Of a stretch of 64,000 nt of DNA, positions 22,325-31,598 are shown in pieces. Under the pieces are notes generated by a model that saw only the letters and a program-made list of their open reading frames with translations, had not been told where the DNA came from and ran no database searches. The DNA is from an uncultured Gemmatimonadales bacterium (GTDB lineage Bacteria > Gemmatimonadota > Gemmatimonadetes > Longimicrobiales > Longimicrobiaceae), in contig OY970303.1 of NCBI GenBank assembly GCA_963716255.1, forward strand, positions 2,656,001-2,720,000. Direction: 5' to 3'. How positions within the stretch are numbered: the first letter of the stretch is position 1; each line of letters opens with the position of its first letter. Both the position numbers and the translations under genes were made by a program.

Positions 22325-24406
22325 ATGCCAGCAACGCACTCCCCGCTCCGCTCCGCCGCGCTCCTGGCGCTCGCCCTGGCCGCGTGCGGCCGCTCCCCCG
22401 CCACGCAGTCCGAGCGCGGCCCGGCGCCTCCCGCGGCGCCGCAGTCCCCGGCCGCCGCCGCGGACACGGCGGGGCCGGTGCCCATCCCCGGCCCGGAGGA
22501 CCGGGCGCGCGGGGTCGCGGCGCTGCGGCACGGCCGCGAGCTGGCCCGCGCCGGGGACGCCCGGGGCGCGGAGCGGGCGTTCCGCGAGGCCGCGCGGGTG
22601 CTCCCGCCGCTGCGCGGCGGGGCGCTGCTGCTCGCCGCCGGGGCCGCCGCCGCGGCGGGCGACACGGCGTCCGTGCGCCGCCTGGCGGACGAGGCGGACG
22701 ACGGGACCGGGCGCGACCAGGGGTGGCGGGTGCGCGCCGACGGCTTCCTCCGCGCCGGGGACACCGCGCGCGCGGTCGCCGCCGCCGAGCGCGCGGCGCC
22801 CGGGATCGCCACGCCGTCCCTGCGGGCGGAGGCATGGCGGACCCTCGGGACGCTGCGCACGGCGACGGGCGACGCGGTGGGGGCGCTCGCCGCCTTCCGG
22901 CGCGCCATGGCCGCGGCGCCGGCCTCCACGGCCGCGCGGGACGCCGCGCGCGCCGCCACGGAGATGCCTGGCCTCCCCCCCGAGGACCGGCTGCTTGCCG
23001 GCCGCACGCTGCTGGTGCACGGGGGCGTCGAGCGGGGGGTCGCCGGCCTGGAGGCGTACCTGGCCGCCGGCCGCGGCACGGGGGCGGAGCGCGCCGCCGT
23101 GCACCTGGAGGCGGGGCGCGCCCTGTTCGCCGCCCGGCGGTACGCCGCCGCCGAGCCGCACCTCCTGGCCGCCGCGGGCGTGTCGGGCGAGGCGGCGGTC
23201 CTCGCCGGCCGCGCGCAGCTACGGCGCGGGCGCGAGGCGCAGGCGCGCGAAAGCTGGCGGGCGGCGGCGCAGCGGTTCGGGGGGCAGGAGGCGGCCGCCG
23301 AGGCGCTGTTCTTTCTGGGCGACCTGGAGCAGGACGCCGGACGCGCCGCCCCGGCGCGCGAGGCCTACCGGCAGGCGGTGGCCACCGGGGCGCGCGGCCC
23401 CGCGGCGGCCGAGTCCGCGCAGCGCCTCGCCGGCCTGGCCGTTCTGGGCGGGGACGCGGCGGCCGCCCTGCGCGACCTGGACGCGTACCTGGCCGGGCGC
23501 CCCCGCGACGCCCTGGCCTCCCCCGCGCTCTACTGGGCCGGGCGCGCGCACCTGCTGGCCGGCGATGCGGAGGCCGCCCGCCGCAGCTTCCGCGAGGCGC
23601 GCGAGGCGGACGCCTTCTCGTACTACGGGGTGCTGGCCGGAAAGCGCCTGGGCGAGTCGCTGCGCGGCGCCGCGCTCGCCGCCCCGCCGCGCATGGGGCC
23701 GGCGGTGGCCGCGGAGGTGGAGGCGGCGCTTTTCCGCGCGGCGGTGCTCCGCGACGTGGGGATGGAGGAGGAGGGCCGCCGCGAGCTGGCGGGGCTGCGG
23801 GAGCGCATGGCGGACCACCCGGCCGCGCTGTACGCCGTGGCCGAGGCCATGCCGGAGCACGGCCAGCCGGTGGCCGCGGCGCTGCTGGGGCACGAGCTGC
23901 GGCAACGGCTGGGGCGCTGGGACGAGCGGCTGCTGCGCATCGCCTTTCCCTTCCGCTTCCGCGACACGGTGGAGCGCGAGGCGCGCCGCCGCGGGCTGGA
24001 CCCGTTCATGGTGGCCGGGCTGATCCGTAAGGAGTCCATCTTCAACCCCAACGCCATCAGCCCGGTGGGCGCGGTGGGGCTGATGCAGGTGATGCCGGCG
24101 ACGGGGCGCGGCCTCGCCGGCCGCGCCGGGGTCGGCACCGTGGACGCCGCGCGGCTCCGGGACCCGGAGACCAACGTCAAGCTGGGCACCCTGTTCCTGG
24201 CAGACCAGGTGCGCCGCTACCGGACCCTCGCGGAGGTGTTCGCGGCCTACAACGCCGGTCCCGGCCGGGTCGCCCGCTGGCGCGCCTTCCCCGAGTACCG
24301 GGACGAGGACCTGTTCGTGGAGCGCATCCCCTTCGAGGAGACGCGCGACTACGTCAAGAAGGTGAAGCTGTACACGGGGGTCTACGAGATGCTGTACGCG
24401 GACTGA
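22325..24406 (+). CDS. Lipoprotein lytic transglycosylase with TPR-like repeats (Slt70-like)
   Basis: Lipobox LAAC; C-terminal SLT domain IRKES, GAVGLMQVMPAT, AAYNAG, IPFEETRDYVKKV. Confidence 0.9.
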   Translation: MPATHSPLRSAALLALALAACGRSPATQSERGPAPPAAPQSPAAAADTAGPVPIPGPEDRARGVAALRHGRELARAGDARGAERAFREAARVLPPLRGGALLLAAGAAAAAGDTASVRRLADEADDGTGRDQGWRVRADGFLRAGDTARAVAAAERAAPGIATPSLRAEAWRTLGTLRTATGDAVGALAAFRRAMAAAPASTAARDAARAATEMPGLPPEDRLLAGRTLLVHGGVERGVAGLEAYLAAGRGTGAERAAVHLEAGRALFAARRYAAAEPHLLAAAGVSGEAAVLAGRAQLRRGREAQARESWRAAAQRFGGQEAAAEALFFLGDLEQDAGRAAPAREAYRQAVATGARGPAAAESAQRLAGLAVLGGDAAAALRDLDAYLAGRPRDALASPALYWAGRAHLLAGDAEAARRSFREAREADAFSYYGVLAGKRLGESLRGAALAAPPRMGPAVAAEVEAALFRAAVLRDVGMEEEGRRELAGLRERMADHPAALYAVAEAMPEHGQPVAAALLGHELRQRLGRWDERLLRIAFPFRFRDTVEREARRRGLDPFMVAGLIRKESIFNPNAISPVGAVGLMQVMPATGRGLAGRAGVGTVDAARLRDPETNVKLGTLFLADQVRRYRTLAEVFAAYNAGPGRVARWRAFPEYRDEDLFVERIPFEETRDYVKKVKLYTGVYEMLYAD

Positions 24407-24445
24407 AAACGAAGTGCGGGAGTGCGGAAGTGAACTGCGGACGGG

Positions 24446-24898
24446 TCAGGCGCGGGGGTCGGGCCAGGGGGCGGCGACTTCCACGGGCTCCACGGTGCGG
24501 ATCAGCTCGAAGTCGCGGAGGTTGTCCGTGACCACCACCAGGCCGTGGTCGCGGGCGGAGGCGGCGATGAGGCAGTCGTTGAGGAAGGAGCGGCGGATCC
24601 CCTTGGGGCTCAGCCGCTTTTCCCTCACCAGGCGCGCGACCACGGCGCCGGCCCGCTTCCAGGCGCCGTGGCCGGGGGTCACCAGCCGCCCCGTCGCCTC
24701 GAACGGAGCGATGAAGCTGCGCTGGGTGCGGCGCTCCAGCTCCGGACGGGTGGAGCCGGCCAGCAGCTCCCCCGCCACCACCGAGTGCAGGTAGACGAAG
24801 GGGGCGAGCGCCTGGTAGAAGGCCTGGAGCTCCCGGCTCCACTCCTCGCTGCGGGTGGCGTACACGTACAGCGAGGTGTCCAGGACGTACTTCGGCAC
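24446..24898 (-). CDS. PIN-domain toxin (VapC-like)
   Basis: YVLDTS, VVAGELLAG, DCLIAASA, VTDNLRDF acidic PIN residues. Confidence 0.88.
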   Translation of the reverse strand: MPKYVLDTSLYVYATRSEEWSRELQAFYQALAPFVYLHSVVAGELLAGSTRPELERRTQRSFIAPFEATGRLVTPGHGAWKRAGAVVARLVREKRLSPKGIRRSFLNDCLIAASARDHGLVVVTDNLRDFELIRTVEPVEVAAPWPDPRA

Positions 24899-24901
24899 CG
24901 G

Positions 24902-25168
24902 CTACGCGTCCCCGCCGAAGGGGTCCTCCAGGCCGGCCCCGCGCATGGCGCGAACCCCCTCCACCAGCTCGCCCCGGAACACCACCAGCTCCAGCGCCCG
25001 CTCGATGGTCTCCGTTTCGGTGGCGGTTCCCAGCACCCGCATGGCCCGGTCGATCTTGGACTGGCGCAGCCGGTAGTTCTTGCGCATCGCCGCCTCCTCC
25101 GCGGGGGACGCTTCGTACACCGCCGGGGGCTCGCGCACCACCCGCTGCTTTCTCTTCTTCTCCATCAT
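24902..25168 (-). CDS. Putative antitoxin (VapB-like)
   Basis: 88-aa ORF directly upstream of the PIN gene; RHH-like segment RKNYRLRQSKIDRAMRVLGTATETETIERAL; GGAGG RBS. Confidence 0.7.
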   Translation of the reverse strand: MMEKKRKQRVVREPPAVYEASPAEEAAMRKNYRLRQSKIDRAMRVLGTATETETIERALELVVFRGELVEGVRAMRGAGLEDPFGGDA

Positions 25169-25182
25169 CGCCGCGGCCTCCG

Positions 25183-25216
25183 TTTTTGTATGTACAAAAA
25201 CAATGTAAAGTACATT
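25183..25216. promoter_or_regulatory. Tandem TGTA-N-TACA palindromes, probable TA autoregulatory operator
   Basis: TTTTTGTA-tg-TACAAAAA (25183-25200) and AATGTA-aag-TACATT (25202-25216) in an AT-rich patch just upstream of the antitoxin. Confidence 0.6.
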
Positions 25217-25244
25217 CAACTGGAAGACAAGGAGGCTGCTCGAG

Positions 25245-26387
25245 CTACATGCGCACGGGGTCGCCCACCGGGCGCGCGGGGCGGAGGTACGGGGCCAGGA
25301 AGTGGTAGACCTCGCGCCGCGACTCGCGGGCCAGCGGGGTGTCGATGCGGTTGAAGGCGTGGCCGCCCGGCGCGTTCTCGTACTGCCTGAAGTGCCACCC
25401 CGTCTTCCCCGACGCGCGAAAGGCCTCCACCAGCCGCTGCACCTCCACGGCGTACACGTCCTCGTCGTTGCTGTTTGCGTGGATCAGCAGCGGCGTTCCC
25501 CGGTAGCGGTCCACCTGGAATGCGGGGGAGCGCCGCCGGTACGCCTCCGGGTCCTCCTGCGGCGTCTTCCCCACGTGGTAGTCCGCCGCGAAGAGCTGCG
25601 TGTAGGATGGGCTCTTGTACGACAGCCGGAAGGCGAGGTCGCTCACCGGCACCCCGGCGTAGGCCACCGCGTACGCCTCCGGGTGGTCGAAGACGTTCAT
25701 CAGCGCGTGCAGCCCGCCATGGCTCCACCCCACGATCCCCACCCGCTGCGGGTCCAGGAACGGGTACATGTCCAGCGCCGCCTGCCGCGCGGCATGGGTG
25801 TCCTCCGTCTCCAGGGCACCGTAGTCGATCTCCTCCCAGAAGCCGCGCCCGTACCCGGTGCTCCCGCGGTAGTCCGGGGCGATCACCGTGTAGCCCTGCT
25901 GCACCAGCTCGCGGACCACGTTGGCGCCGCCGCTCTCGAAGCTGGCGTGCACCCCGCCGTGCGGCATCACGATCAGCGGCTGCCTGCGGCTCCGGTCCAG
26001 GTCGCGGGGGACGAAGACGTAGCCGCGGATCTTGAGCGGGTTGTTGGCGCCGGGGTTGTCGGAGACCACGCGGTGCGCCGGGGGCGGACCGGTGAAGGTG
26101 ATGAGGTTCACCTCCGCCACGTCGCCCAGCCGGTCGAAGAGCATCAGGTTGTCGATCTGCCGCTCCAGCACGTCGTTCTGGTGGGCGTCCGCCTCCACGT
26201 AGCGCTGCAGCGCCGCGCGGAGCTGCCGCACCTCGTCCGCCAGGCGGGCGTGATCATCGGCCGACACGGGCGCGGGCGCTGCCGGCGGTGTCGGGGCCAC
26301 GGCCGCCGAGCACCCGGCCAGCAGTGCGAGCGACGACACGGCAAGGATGGCGTGCAGGACGGAGGAAGATGCGCGGAATGGTCTCAC
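25245..26387 (-). CDS. S9-family (prolyl oligopeptidase-like) peptidase, lipoprotein
   Basis: Lipobox LLAGC; PHGG, DYRGSTGYG, GWSHGG nucleophile, D and GGH triad residues. Confidence 0.85.
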   Translation of the reverse strand: MRPFRASSSVLHAILAVSSLALLAGCSAAVAPTPPAAPAPVSADDHARLADEVRQLRAALQRYVEADAHQNDVLERQIDNLMLFDRLGDVAEVNLITFTGPPPAHRVVSDNPGANNPLKIRGYVFVPRDLDRSRRQPLIVMPHGGVHASFESGGANVVRELVQQGYTVIAPDYRGSTGYGRGFWEEIDYGALETEDTHAARQAALDMYPFLDPQRVGIVGWSHGGLHALMNVFDHPEAYAVAYAGVPVSDLAFRLSYKSPSYTQLFAADYHVGKTPQEDPEAYRRRSPAFQVDRYRGTPLLIHANSNDEDVYAVEVQRLVEAFRASGKTGWHFRQYENAPGGHAFNRIDTPLARESRREVYHFLAPYLRPARPVGDPVRM

Positions 26388-26582
26388 CGGGGAGGCTCCA
26401 GGATGGAAGGCTGTTGAGGGGCGTAGCTCCAATTTTGCCCTCCCGGCGCCCATCCCGCCAGGACGATTCGAAGTTCGGCAAGGACGGGAGGTTGTCCGGA
26501 TACGAACCTGTTGCGCCATTGTCCGGACGGCGGTAGCATCCAGGCAGGCGTTTACTTTCGGACAATCGTCAACGGAGGCGAG

Positions 26583-26756
26583 ATGACGAAACGTATCGGG
26601 AAGCTCAGGCTCAACAGGGAGACCGTGCGGCAGCTCAACTTGGACGTGCCCGGGACCGCGCGGGAAGTGTCCGCCGCCGGGTGCGAAAGCCGGATTCCGT
26701 GCCCGGTCCAGTCGTACTACGCCGCCTGTCCCCTCACGTTGGAGTGCACTGGGTAG
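26583..26756 (+). CDS. RiPP (lanthipeptide-like) precursor peptide 1, 57 aa
   Basis: GGAGG RBS; leader MTKRIGKLRLNRETVRQL; Cys/Ser/Thr-rich core CESRIPCPVQSYYAACPLTLECTG. Confidence 0.8.
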   Translation: MTKRIGKLRLNRETVRQLNLDVPGTAREVSAAGCESRIPCPVQSYYAACPLTLECTG

Positions 26757-26819
26757 CTGCCGCCGCGCGGGGCATCTCCTGTCCCGCGGCGCGAACGCTC
26801 AACGAAAGGAATCGGCGCC

Positions 26820-26963
26820 ATGACGAAGAAGATCCGCAAGCTCCAGCTCAACCGGGAGACGGTGCAGGCCCTCGACGCCGCCCCACAACCCGAGGCAGTT
26901 GCGGCGGCAGCCTCCCATCCCGTGCGCTGCATCACCGACGGCCACTTCACCTGCAACTGCTGA
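26820..26963 (+). CDS. RiPP precursor peptide 2, 47 aa (not in ORF track)
   Basis: Manual translation MTKKIRKLQLNRETVQALDAAPQPEAVAAAASHPVRCITDGHFTCNC; AAGGA RBS. Confidence 0.8.
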   Translation: MTKKIRKLQLNRETVQALDAAPQPEAVAAAASHPVRCITDGHFTCNC

Positions 26964-27010
26964 GTGTGTCGGCGATCCGGCAACACACCCAACAGGGGGA
27001 GAACGCTGAC

Positions 27011-27178
27011 ATGACGAAGCGGATCGGCAAGCTCCAACTGAACAAGGAAACCATGCGCTGCCTCAGCGGCGCGCCCCCCGCGACCTTCGAACGTGCTGCG
27101 AGCCAGGGCATCTGTCCCTCCCTCTCGTACTGCGTGGCCTGCATCAGCGTCGGCACCTCCTGCCAGACGGCCTGCTAA
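27011..27178 (+). CDS. RiPP precursor peptide 3, 55 aa
   Basis: Leader MTKRIGKLQLNKETMRCL; core SQGICPSLSYCVACISVGTSCQTAC; GGGGAG RBS. Confidence 0.8.
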   Translation: MTKRIGKLQLNKETMRCLSGAPPATFERAASQGICPSLSYCVACISVGTSCQTAC

Positions 27179-27223
27179 CGGCCCATCCGGGGCGATTCAT
27201 TGCCCTACTGAGCACCACGGAAG

Positions 27224-27257
27224 GAAAGGGCCGGTCCCGCACGGGACCGGCCCTTTC
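27224..27257. terminator. Bidirectional terminator-like hairpin after the precursor array
   Basis: GAAAGGGCCGGTCCCG-ca-CGGGACCGGCCCTTTC. Confidence 0.7.
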
Positions 27258-27286
27258 GCTTGCTGCGACCGCAGATGTCGTTGCCC

Positions 27287-28600
27287 TTACCGCCCCGCCG
27301 CGCCCCCCGCCAGGTAGTCCAGCAGCAGCCCCGACATGACCCGCATCCCCACCGGGATGGACGCGTCGTCCGCCATGAAGGTGGGCGTGTGGTGCCCGCC
27401 GGAGACCGTGCCCGGCTTCACCGAGCCCAGGCGGAAGTACAGCCCCGGCACCGCGTTGGCGAAGTACGAGAAGTCCTCTGCCCCGGTGGTGGGGTCCACC
27501 CGCACCACGTTCTCGCGCCCGGCCACCCGCTCCAGGGTGGGCCGCATGCGCGCCGCCAGCGCCGTGTCGTTCACCGTCACCGGGTAGGCCCGGTTGATGT
27601 CCAGCGTGAACGAGCCGCCGCCCGCCCGCGAGATCCCGTCGAAGATCTCGCGCATGCGGCGCTCCACCGTGTCCTGCACCGTCGGGTCGAAGGTGCGGAT
27701 GGTCCCCTCCAGCTTCACCTCCGCGGGGATGATGTTGAGCCGCTCGCCGCCGCGGATGATCCCCACCGTCACCACGCTGGGGGTGAAGGGCGACAGGTTG
27801 CGGGCGCGGATCGTCTGCAGCGCCGTCACCACCTGCGCCGCCATCACCACCGGGTCCACCCCCAGGTGCGGCGACGCCCCGTGCGCCTGCCGTCCGCGCA
27901 CGGTCGCGCGCCACTCCGTCGCCGCCGCCATCGCCGGCCCCGGCGTGTACCCCACCCTGCCCACCTCCATCTCCGAGAACGTGTGCAGCCCGAAGACCGC
28001 CGCGGGCTTCCACCGGTCGAACACCCCCTCCTTCATCATCAGCGCCGCGCCCCCCTCCTCGCCCAGCGGCGCCCCCTCCTCCGCCGGCTGGAACAGGAAC
28101 ACCACCGTCCCCGGCACCTGCTCGCGCATGGAGGCCAGCACCGAGGCCACCCCCATCTGCACCGCCGTGTGCACGTCGTGCCCGCAGGCGTGCGCCACCC
28201 CCACCTCCTGCCCGTTGTAGGTGGTGCGGACCGTGGACCTGAACGGGTACGGCGTGTCCTCCGTCACCGGCAGCGCATCCATGTCCGCGCGCACCGCCAC
28301 GGTCGGGCCCGGGCGGCCGCCGCGCAGCACCCCCACCACCCCGGTGTGGGCCACCCCCGTCTGCACCTCCATCCCCAGCGAGCGCAGGTGCCGCGCGACC
28401 ATCTCCGCCGTCTTCACCTCGCGGTTCCCCAGCTCCGGGTTCTGGTGAATGCGGTGCCGCGCCTCCACGATGGCGGGAGCGAAGCGGTCCACGGCGGCGG
28501 CCACCCGCGCATCGGCGGCCTGGGCGGCGGCGTGGCCGGGCAGGGCGAGCGAGGCGGCGAGGAGGAAGCCCGCCAGGGGGCGTGCGGAAGGGGTGCGCAT
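27287..28600 (-). CDS. M20D amidohydrolase with signal peptide
   Basis: HQNPELG, RADMDALP, HACGHD, FQPAEEG, GAEDFS, HHTP. Confidence 0.9.
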   Translation of the reverse strand: MRTPSARPLAGFLLAASLALPGHAAAQAADARVAAAVDRFAPAIVEARHRIHQNPELGNREVKTAEMVARHLRSLGMEVQTGVAHTGVVGVLRGGRPGPTVAVRADMDALPVTEDTPYPFRSTVRTTYNGQEVGVAHACGHDVHTAVQMGVASVLASMREQVPGTVVFLFQPAEEGAPLGEEGGAALMMKEGVFDRWKPAAVFGLHTFSEMEVGRVGYTPGPAMAAATEWRATVRGRQAHGASPHLGVDPVVMAAQVVTALQTIRARNLSPFTPSVVTVGIIRGGERLNIIPAEVKLEGTIRTFDPTVQDTVERRMREIFDGISRAGGGSFTLDINRAYPVTVNDTALAARMRPTLERVAGRENVVRVDPTTGAEDFSYFANAVPGLYFRLGSVKPGTVSGGHHTPTFMADDASIPVGMRVMSGLLLDYLAGGAAGR

Positions 28601-28759
28601 GGCTCTCGTGGGTGGGTGGCGTTGCGGAAGGATTCCGCAGACACGATAATCCCCGCCGTACCGCCGCGCAAAGAGGGCTCCCCCGGCAGGTGGCGCACTG
28701 CTTGCGGAAACGGCCCCGCCACGACCGTGGACGATAGACACCGGACCGGAGAGACCCCT

Positions 28760-29344
28760 GTGACGCAGACCCGGAAGCGCCCCCGCTCCAGCCAGACCTG
28801 GCTCTTCGCCAGGAACTTCTTCAAGCACCCGATGATGCTGGGGTCGGTGATCCCGAGCTCGCGCTTCCTGATCGATCACATCCTGGGGCAGGTGGACTGG
28901 AACCGCGCCCGGGTCTTCGTGGAGTACGGCCCCGGCGTCGGCACCATCACGCGCCACGTCCTCAAGCGCATGCGCCCGGACGCCAAGATGATCGTGGTGG
29001 AGACCAACCGCGACTTCGTGGACTACCTGCGCAGCCACGTCGCCGACCCGCGCCTGCACGTGGTGCACGGCTCCGCCGCCGACGTGCGGCGGGCGCTCTC
29101 CGACCTGGGGCTCGGACAGGCCGACTACGTCATCTCCGGGATCCCCTTCAGCACCCTGCCGCCCGAGGTGGGCGAATCGGTGATCCGGGCCACACGCGAC
29201 GTCCTGTACCCGGACGGCCAGTTCCTCGTCTACCAGTTCTCGCGCGCCGTGCAGCCGGGGCTGGAGCGCCACTTCGGCCGGATCCGGCAGGACTTCGAGC
29301 CGCTCAACATTCCGCCCGCGCGTCTGTACTACTGCCAGCCGTGA
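28760..29344 (+). CDS. SAM-dependent lipid N-methyltransferase (PmtA/OlsG-like)
   Basis: GSVIPSSRFL, VEYGPGVGTIT, VISGIPF, FLVYQF, LNIPPARLY. Confidence 0.75.
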   Translation: MTQTRKRPRSSQTWLFARNFFKHPMMLGSVIPSSRFLIDHILGQVDWNRARVFVEYGPGVGTITRHVLKRMRPDAKMIVVETNRDFVDYLRSHVADPRLHVVHGSAADVRRALSDLGLGQADYVISGIPFSTLPPEVGESVIRATRDVLYPDGQFLVYQFSRAVQPGLERHFGRIRQDFEPLNIPPARLYYCQP

Positions 29345-29368
29345 CGGGTTGCGGCTACGGCAACAGCT

Positions 29369-29502
29369 GGTTCGGGCGTGCCCCCGGCTGGCGCCGGGGT
29401 CGGGCTTCGGCTCCGTAACGCACGAAACAACCGTGCGTAACGGAGTCGAGCCCCGGCAAACAGCCGCCGGGTCTCGCCCCTTCGGGCCGTAATCCCTCAC
29501 GC
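29369..29502 (+). repeat. Family-1 structured intergenic repeat, copy 5
   Basis: Consensus match; variable stem ACGCACG/CGTGCGT. Confidence 0.95.
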
Positions 29503-29540
29503 AACTGCCGAAGCGGCCGCAATATCCCGCAGTTGCCCCA

Positions 29541-29592
29541 TCTCCCAGAATTGGGAGAGGGTGGCGAGCCTCAAGCGAGCCGGGTGAGGGCC
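29541..29592 (+). repeat. REP-like repeat (family 3)
   Basis: TCTCCCAGAATTGGGAGAGGGTGGCGAGCCTCAAGCGAGCCGGGTGAGGGCC, identical to 37260-37311. Confidence 0.85.
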
Positions 29593-29662
29593 GCCCCCGC
29601 CGGGATCTCCCGGCGGGGGCGCGTTGTTCCTTGCAGGCTGTTCCCTGTTCCCTGCCGTTCCC

Positions 29663-31423
29663 CTACTTCGCCTCGATCTCGGCGCGCAGCCGCATCAGCG
29701 CGTCCTCGGCGGTCACCAGCTCGGCGCGGGCCTCGTTGAGCTGCTCCTGCTGCACCTGCACGAAGCGGCGGTAGGGGGCGATGGACTCGTTCACCTTTTC
29801 GGTGGAGTCCTCGATGGCCGCGTGCACCTGGCGGGTGAGGGCGTCGCGCAGGCGGCGGCGCAGCTCCTCCACCTTCTTCGCGAACTCCGCCTTGGCCTTG
29901 GCGCGGCGGGCGGGGATCACGTACAGGCCGGTGACCCCCAGCGTGACCGCCATCAGGATGCCGGTGATGTCCGCCACCGCGCCCGAGAGCGCCGCGGTGA
30001 GCAGCACGCCGATCCCCACCCCCGCCCCGGCGAAGATGGTGGTGCCGTAGGCGCCGCGCACCTCCTCGGCAAGCTCGCGGGCCTCCGCCTCGCGGTTGTA
30101 GGTGCCCACCACCTCGCGCGCCGTGCGGCCGATGGAGTCCAGCAGCGCCTGGCGGTTGTAGCCAAAGCCCTGTCCCACCTCGCCGATCATCCCCTCGCGG
30201 TGGCGCGACACCTGCCGCCGGTCTATGTAGGCGCCGATGTCCTGCCAGAGCCGGAGGTTGCGCTCCACGATCCAGTCGATCACGCGCCCCGTCTCGTCGT
30301 CGATCGCGCGGGGCGTGTCGCCCACCACCTCGCGCTCGAAGTCCTTGCGCAGCTGGTCCGTGCGCATCAGGTCGCGGATGCGCCCGAAGCGGATGGTCTC
30401 GTCGAAGAAGTTCAGCCCCCGCACCTCCATCTCCCCCAGCAGCGCGTCCAGCCGCCCCAGCCGCGGCTCGAAGTCGCGGAGCATCTCCTGGTGGAAGGCG
30501 GCCAGCTGCGTGTCGATGTTCTGGAGGGTGGACACGTCCTCCGCCAGCAGCTTGAGCCGCTCGAACGCCGTGGCCTTGTACGTCCCCGCCAGACGCAGCC
30601 CCACGTTCAGCGGGTTGAGCAGCTTCAGGCGGATGCGCTCCTCCTGGTCCAGCGTCCCCAGCAGGTACTCCTCCATCGCCCCGAAGCCGCTCGACGCCCA
30701 GAGCGCCGCGTCGTCCGTCTCCCGCGCCTGGAGCGCCTGCCGCGCCGACACCGGGAACACCTCCGGCGCCTCGCCCAGCAGCGACTCGCCGTTCTCGCGC
30801 ACGTAGCGGATCACCTGCTCGCGGTCCGCCGCCGAGGCGAGGATGTCCACCTTGTTGACCACGAACACGATCTTCTTCCCCCAGGTGCGGATCTGCTGGA
30901 GGAAGCCGCGCTCGCTCTCCGTGAACGGGCGGTCCGCCGAGGTCACGAAGATCACCAGGTCCGAGCGGGGGACGAAGTCGCGCGTCAGCTCCTCGTGCTC
31001 GCGGACGATGGCGTTGGTCCCCGGGGTGTCCACCACGTGCAGGTCGCGCAGGATCTCCGCCGGGTGGGTGCGCTCCAGCAGGTACGCCTCCAGCAGCTCC
31101 TCGCCCACCTCGTCGCCGTGGCGCAGCAGGTTGATGCGGTCCGTGGTGGGGACCACCCCTTCGGGGAGGATGCGCCCGCCGAGAAGCGCGTTGATGAACG
31201 ACGACTTGCCGGAGTTGAACTCCCCCGCGATCACCAGCAGGAAAAGCCCCTCCAGCTGCTCGCGGGCCTGGCGGAAGTGGCGGAGGTCGTCCGGGTCCAC
31301 GTCGTTCCCGAAGCGGCCGAGCGCCGCGGAAAGCCGGTCGAGCAGCTCGCGCTCGCGCGCCCGCAGCTCCGACTCGCGCTCCCCCAGGATCCGCTTGCGC
31401 TTCAGCAGGCGTCCAAGGACCAA
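29663..31423 (-). CDS. Bacterial dynamin-like GTPase
   Basis: G1 GEFNSGKS, G2 PTT, G3 DTPGTN, G4 NKVD; helical stalk and C-terminal hydrophobic hairpin. Confidence 0.88.
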   Translation of the reverse strand: MVLGRLLKRKRILGERESELRARERELLDRLSAALGRFGNDVDPDDLRHFRQAREQLEGLFLLVIAGEFNSGKSSFINALLGGRILPEGVVPTTDRINLLRHGDEVGEELLEAYLLERTHPAEILRDLHVVDTPGTNAIVREHEELTRDFVPRSDLVIFVTSADRPFTESERGFLQQIRTWGKKIVFVVNKVDILASAADREQVIRYVRENGESLLGEAPEVFPVSARQALQARETDDAALWASSGFGAMEEYLLGTLDQEERIRLKLLNPLNVGLRLAGTYKATAFERLKLLAEDVSTLQNIDTQLAAFHQEMLRDFEPRLGRLDALLGEMEVRGLNFFDETIRFGRIRDLMRTDQLRKDFEREVVGDTPRAIDDETGRVIDWIVERNLRLWQDIGAYIDRRQVSRHREGMIGEVGQGFGYNRQALLDSIGRTAREVVGTYNREAEARELAEEVRGAYGTTIFAGAGVGIGVLLTAALSGAVADITGILMAVTLGVTGLYVIPARRAKAKAEFAKKVEELRRRLRDALTRQVHAAIEDSTEKVNESIAPYRRFVQVQQEQLNEARAELVTAEDALMRLRAEIEAK

Positions 31424-31598
31424 GGTCGCTCCTCGCGTTGGGTATGGTTGCGGCGGGCGCGGCTCCCTCCCGCACCCCGCGGCGGAACGCCCGCCGCTCC
31501 TGCATCGTCCGCGCCAGGCGCGTCCGCCGCTGGTGCGGATCGTGCGTTGGCCGGCGGCGGATCAGAAAAGGGTAAACCCAGCAGAGGGAGGAACATCC

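Noticed and set aside
17259..23079. Long overlapping ORFs (1064 aa, 1725 aa) and the 1619-aa extension of the kinase
   Set aside because: Shadow frames; the kinase extension runs through repeat copy 4 and overlaps the divergent SLT gene, so the start was trimmed.
24409..24441. Short AAGTGCG-type and GGGAACA-type tandem motifs (also ~17591, ~29636, ~38667)
   Set aside because: Only 2-3 degenerate units each; noted as intergenic low-complexity sequence with no supportable function.
26511..27178. ORF-track versions of the precursors (81 aa and 165 aa)
   Set aside because: RBS positions and the shared leader motif place the true starts at 26583, 26820 and 27011.
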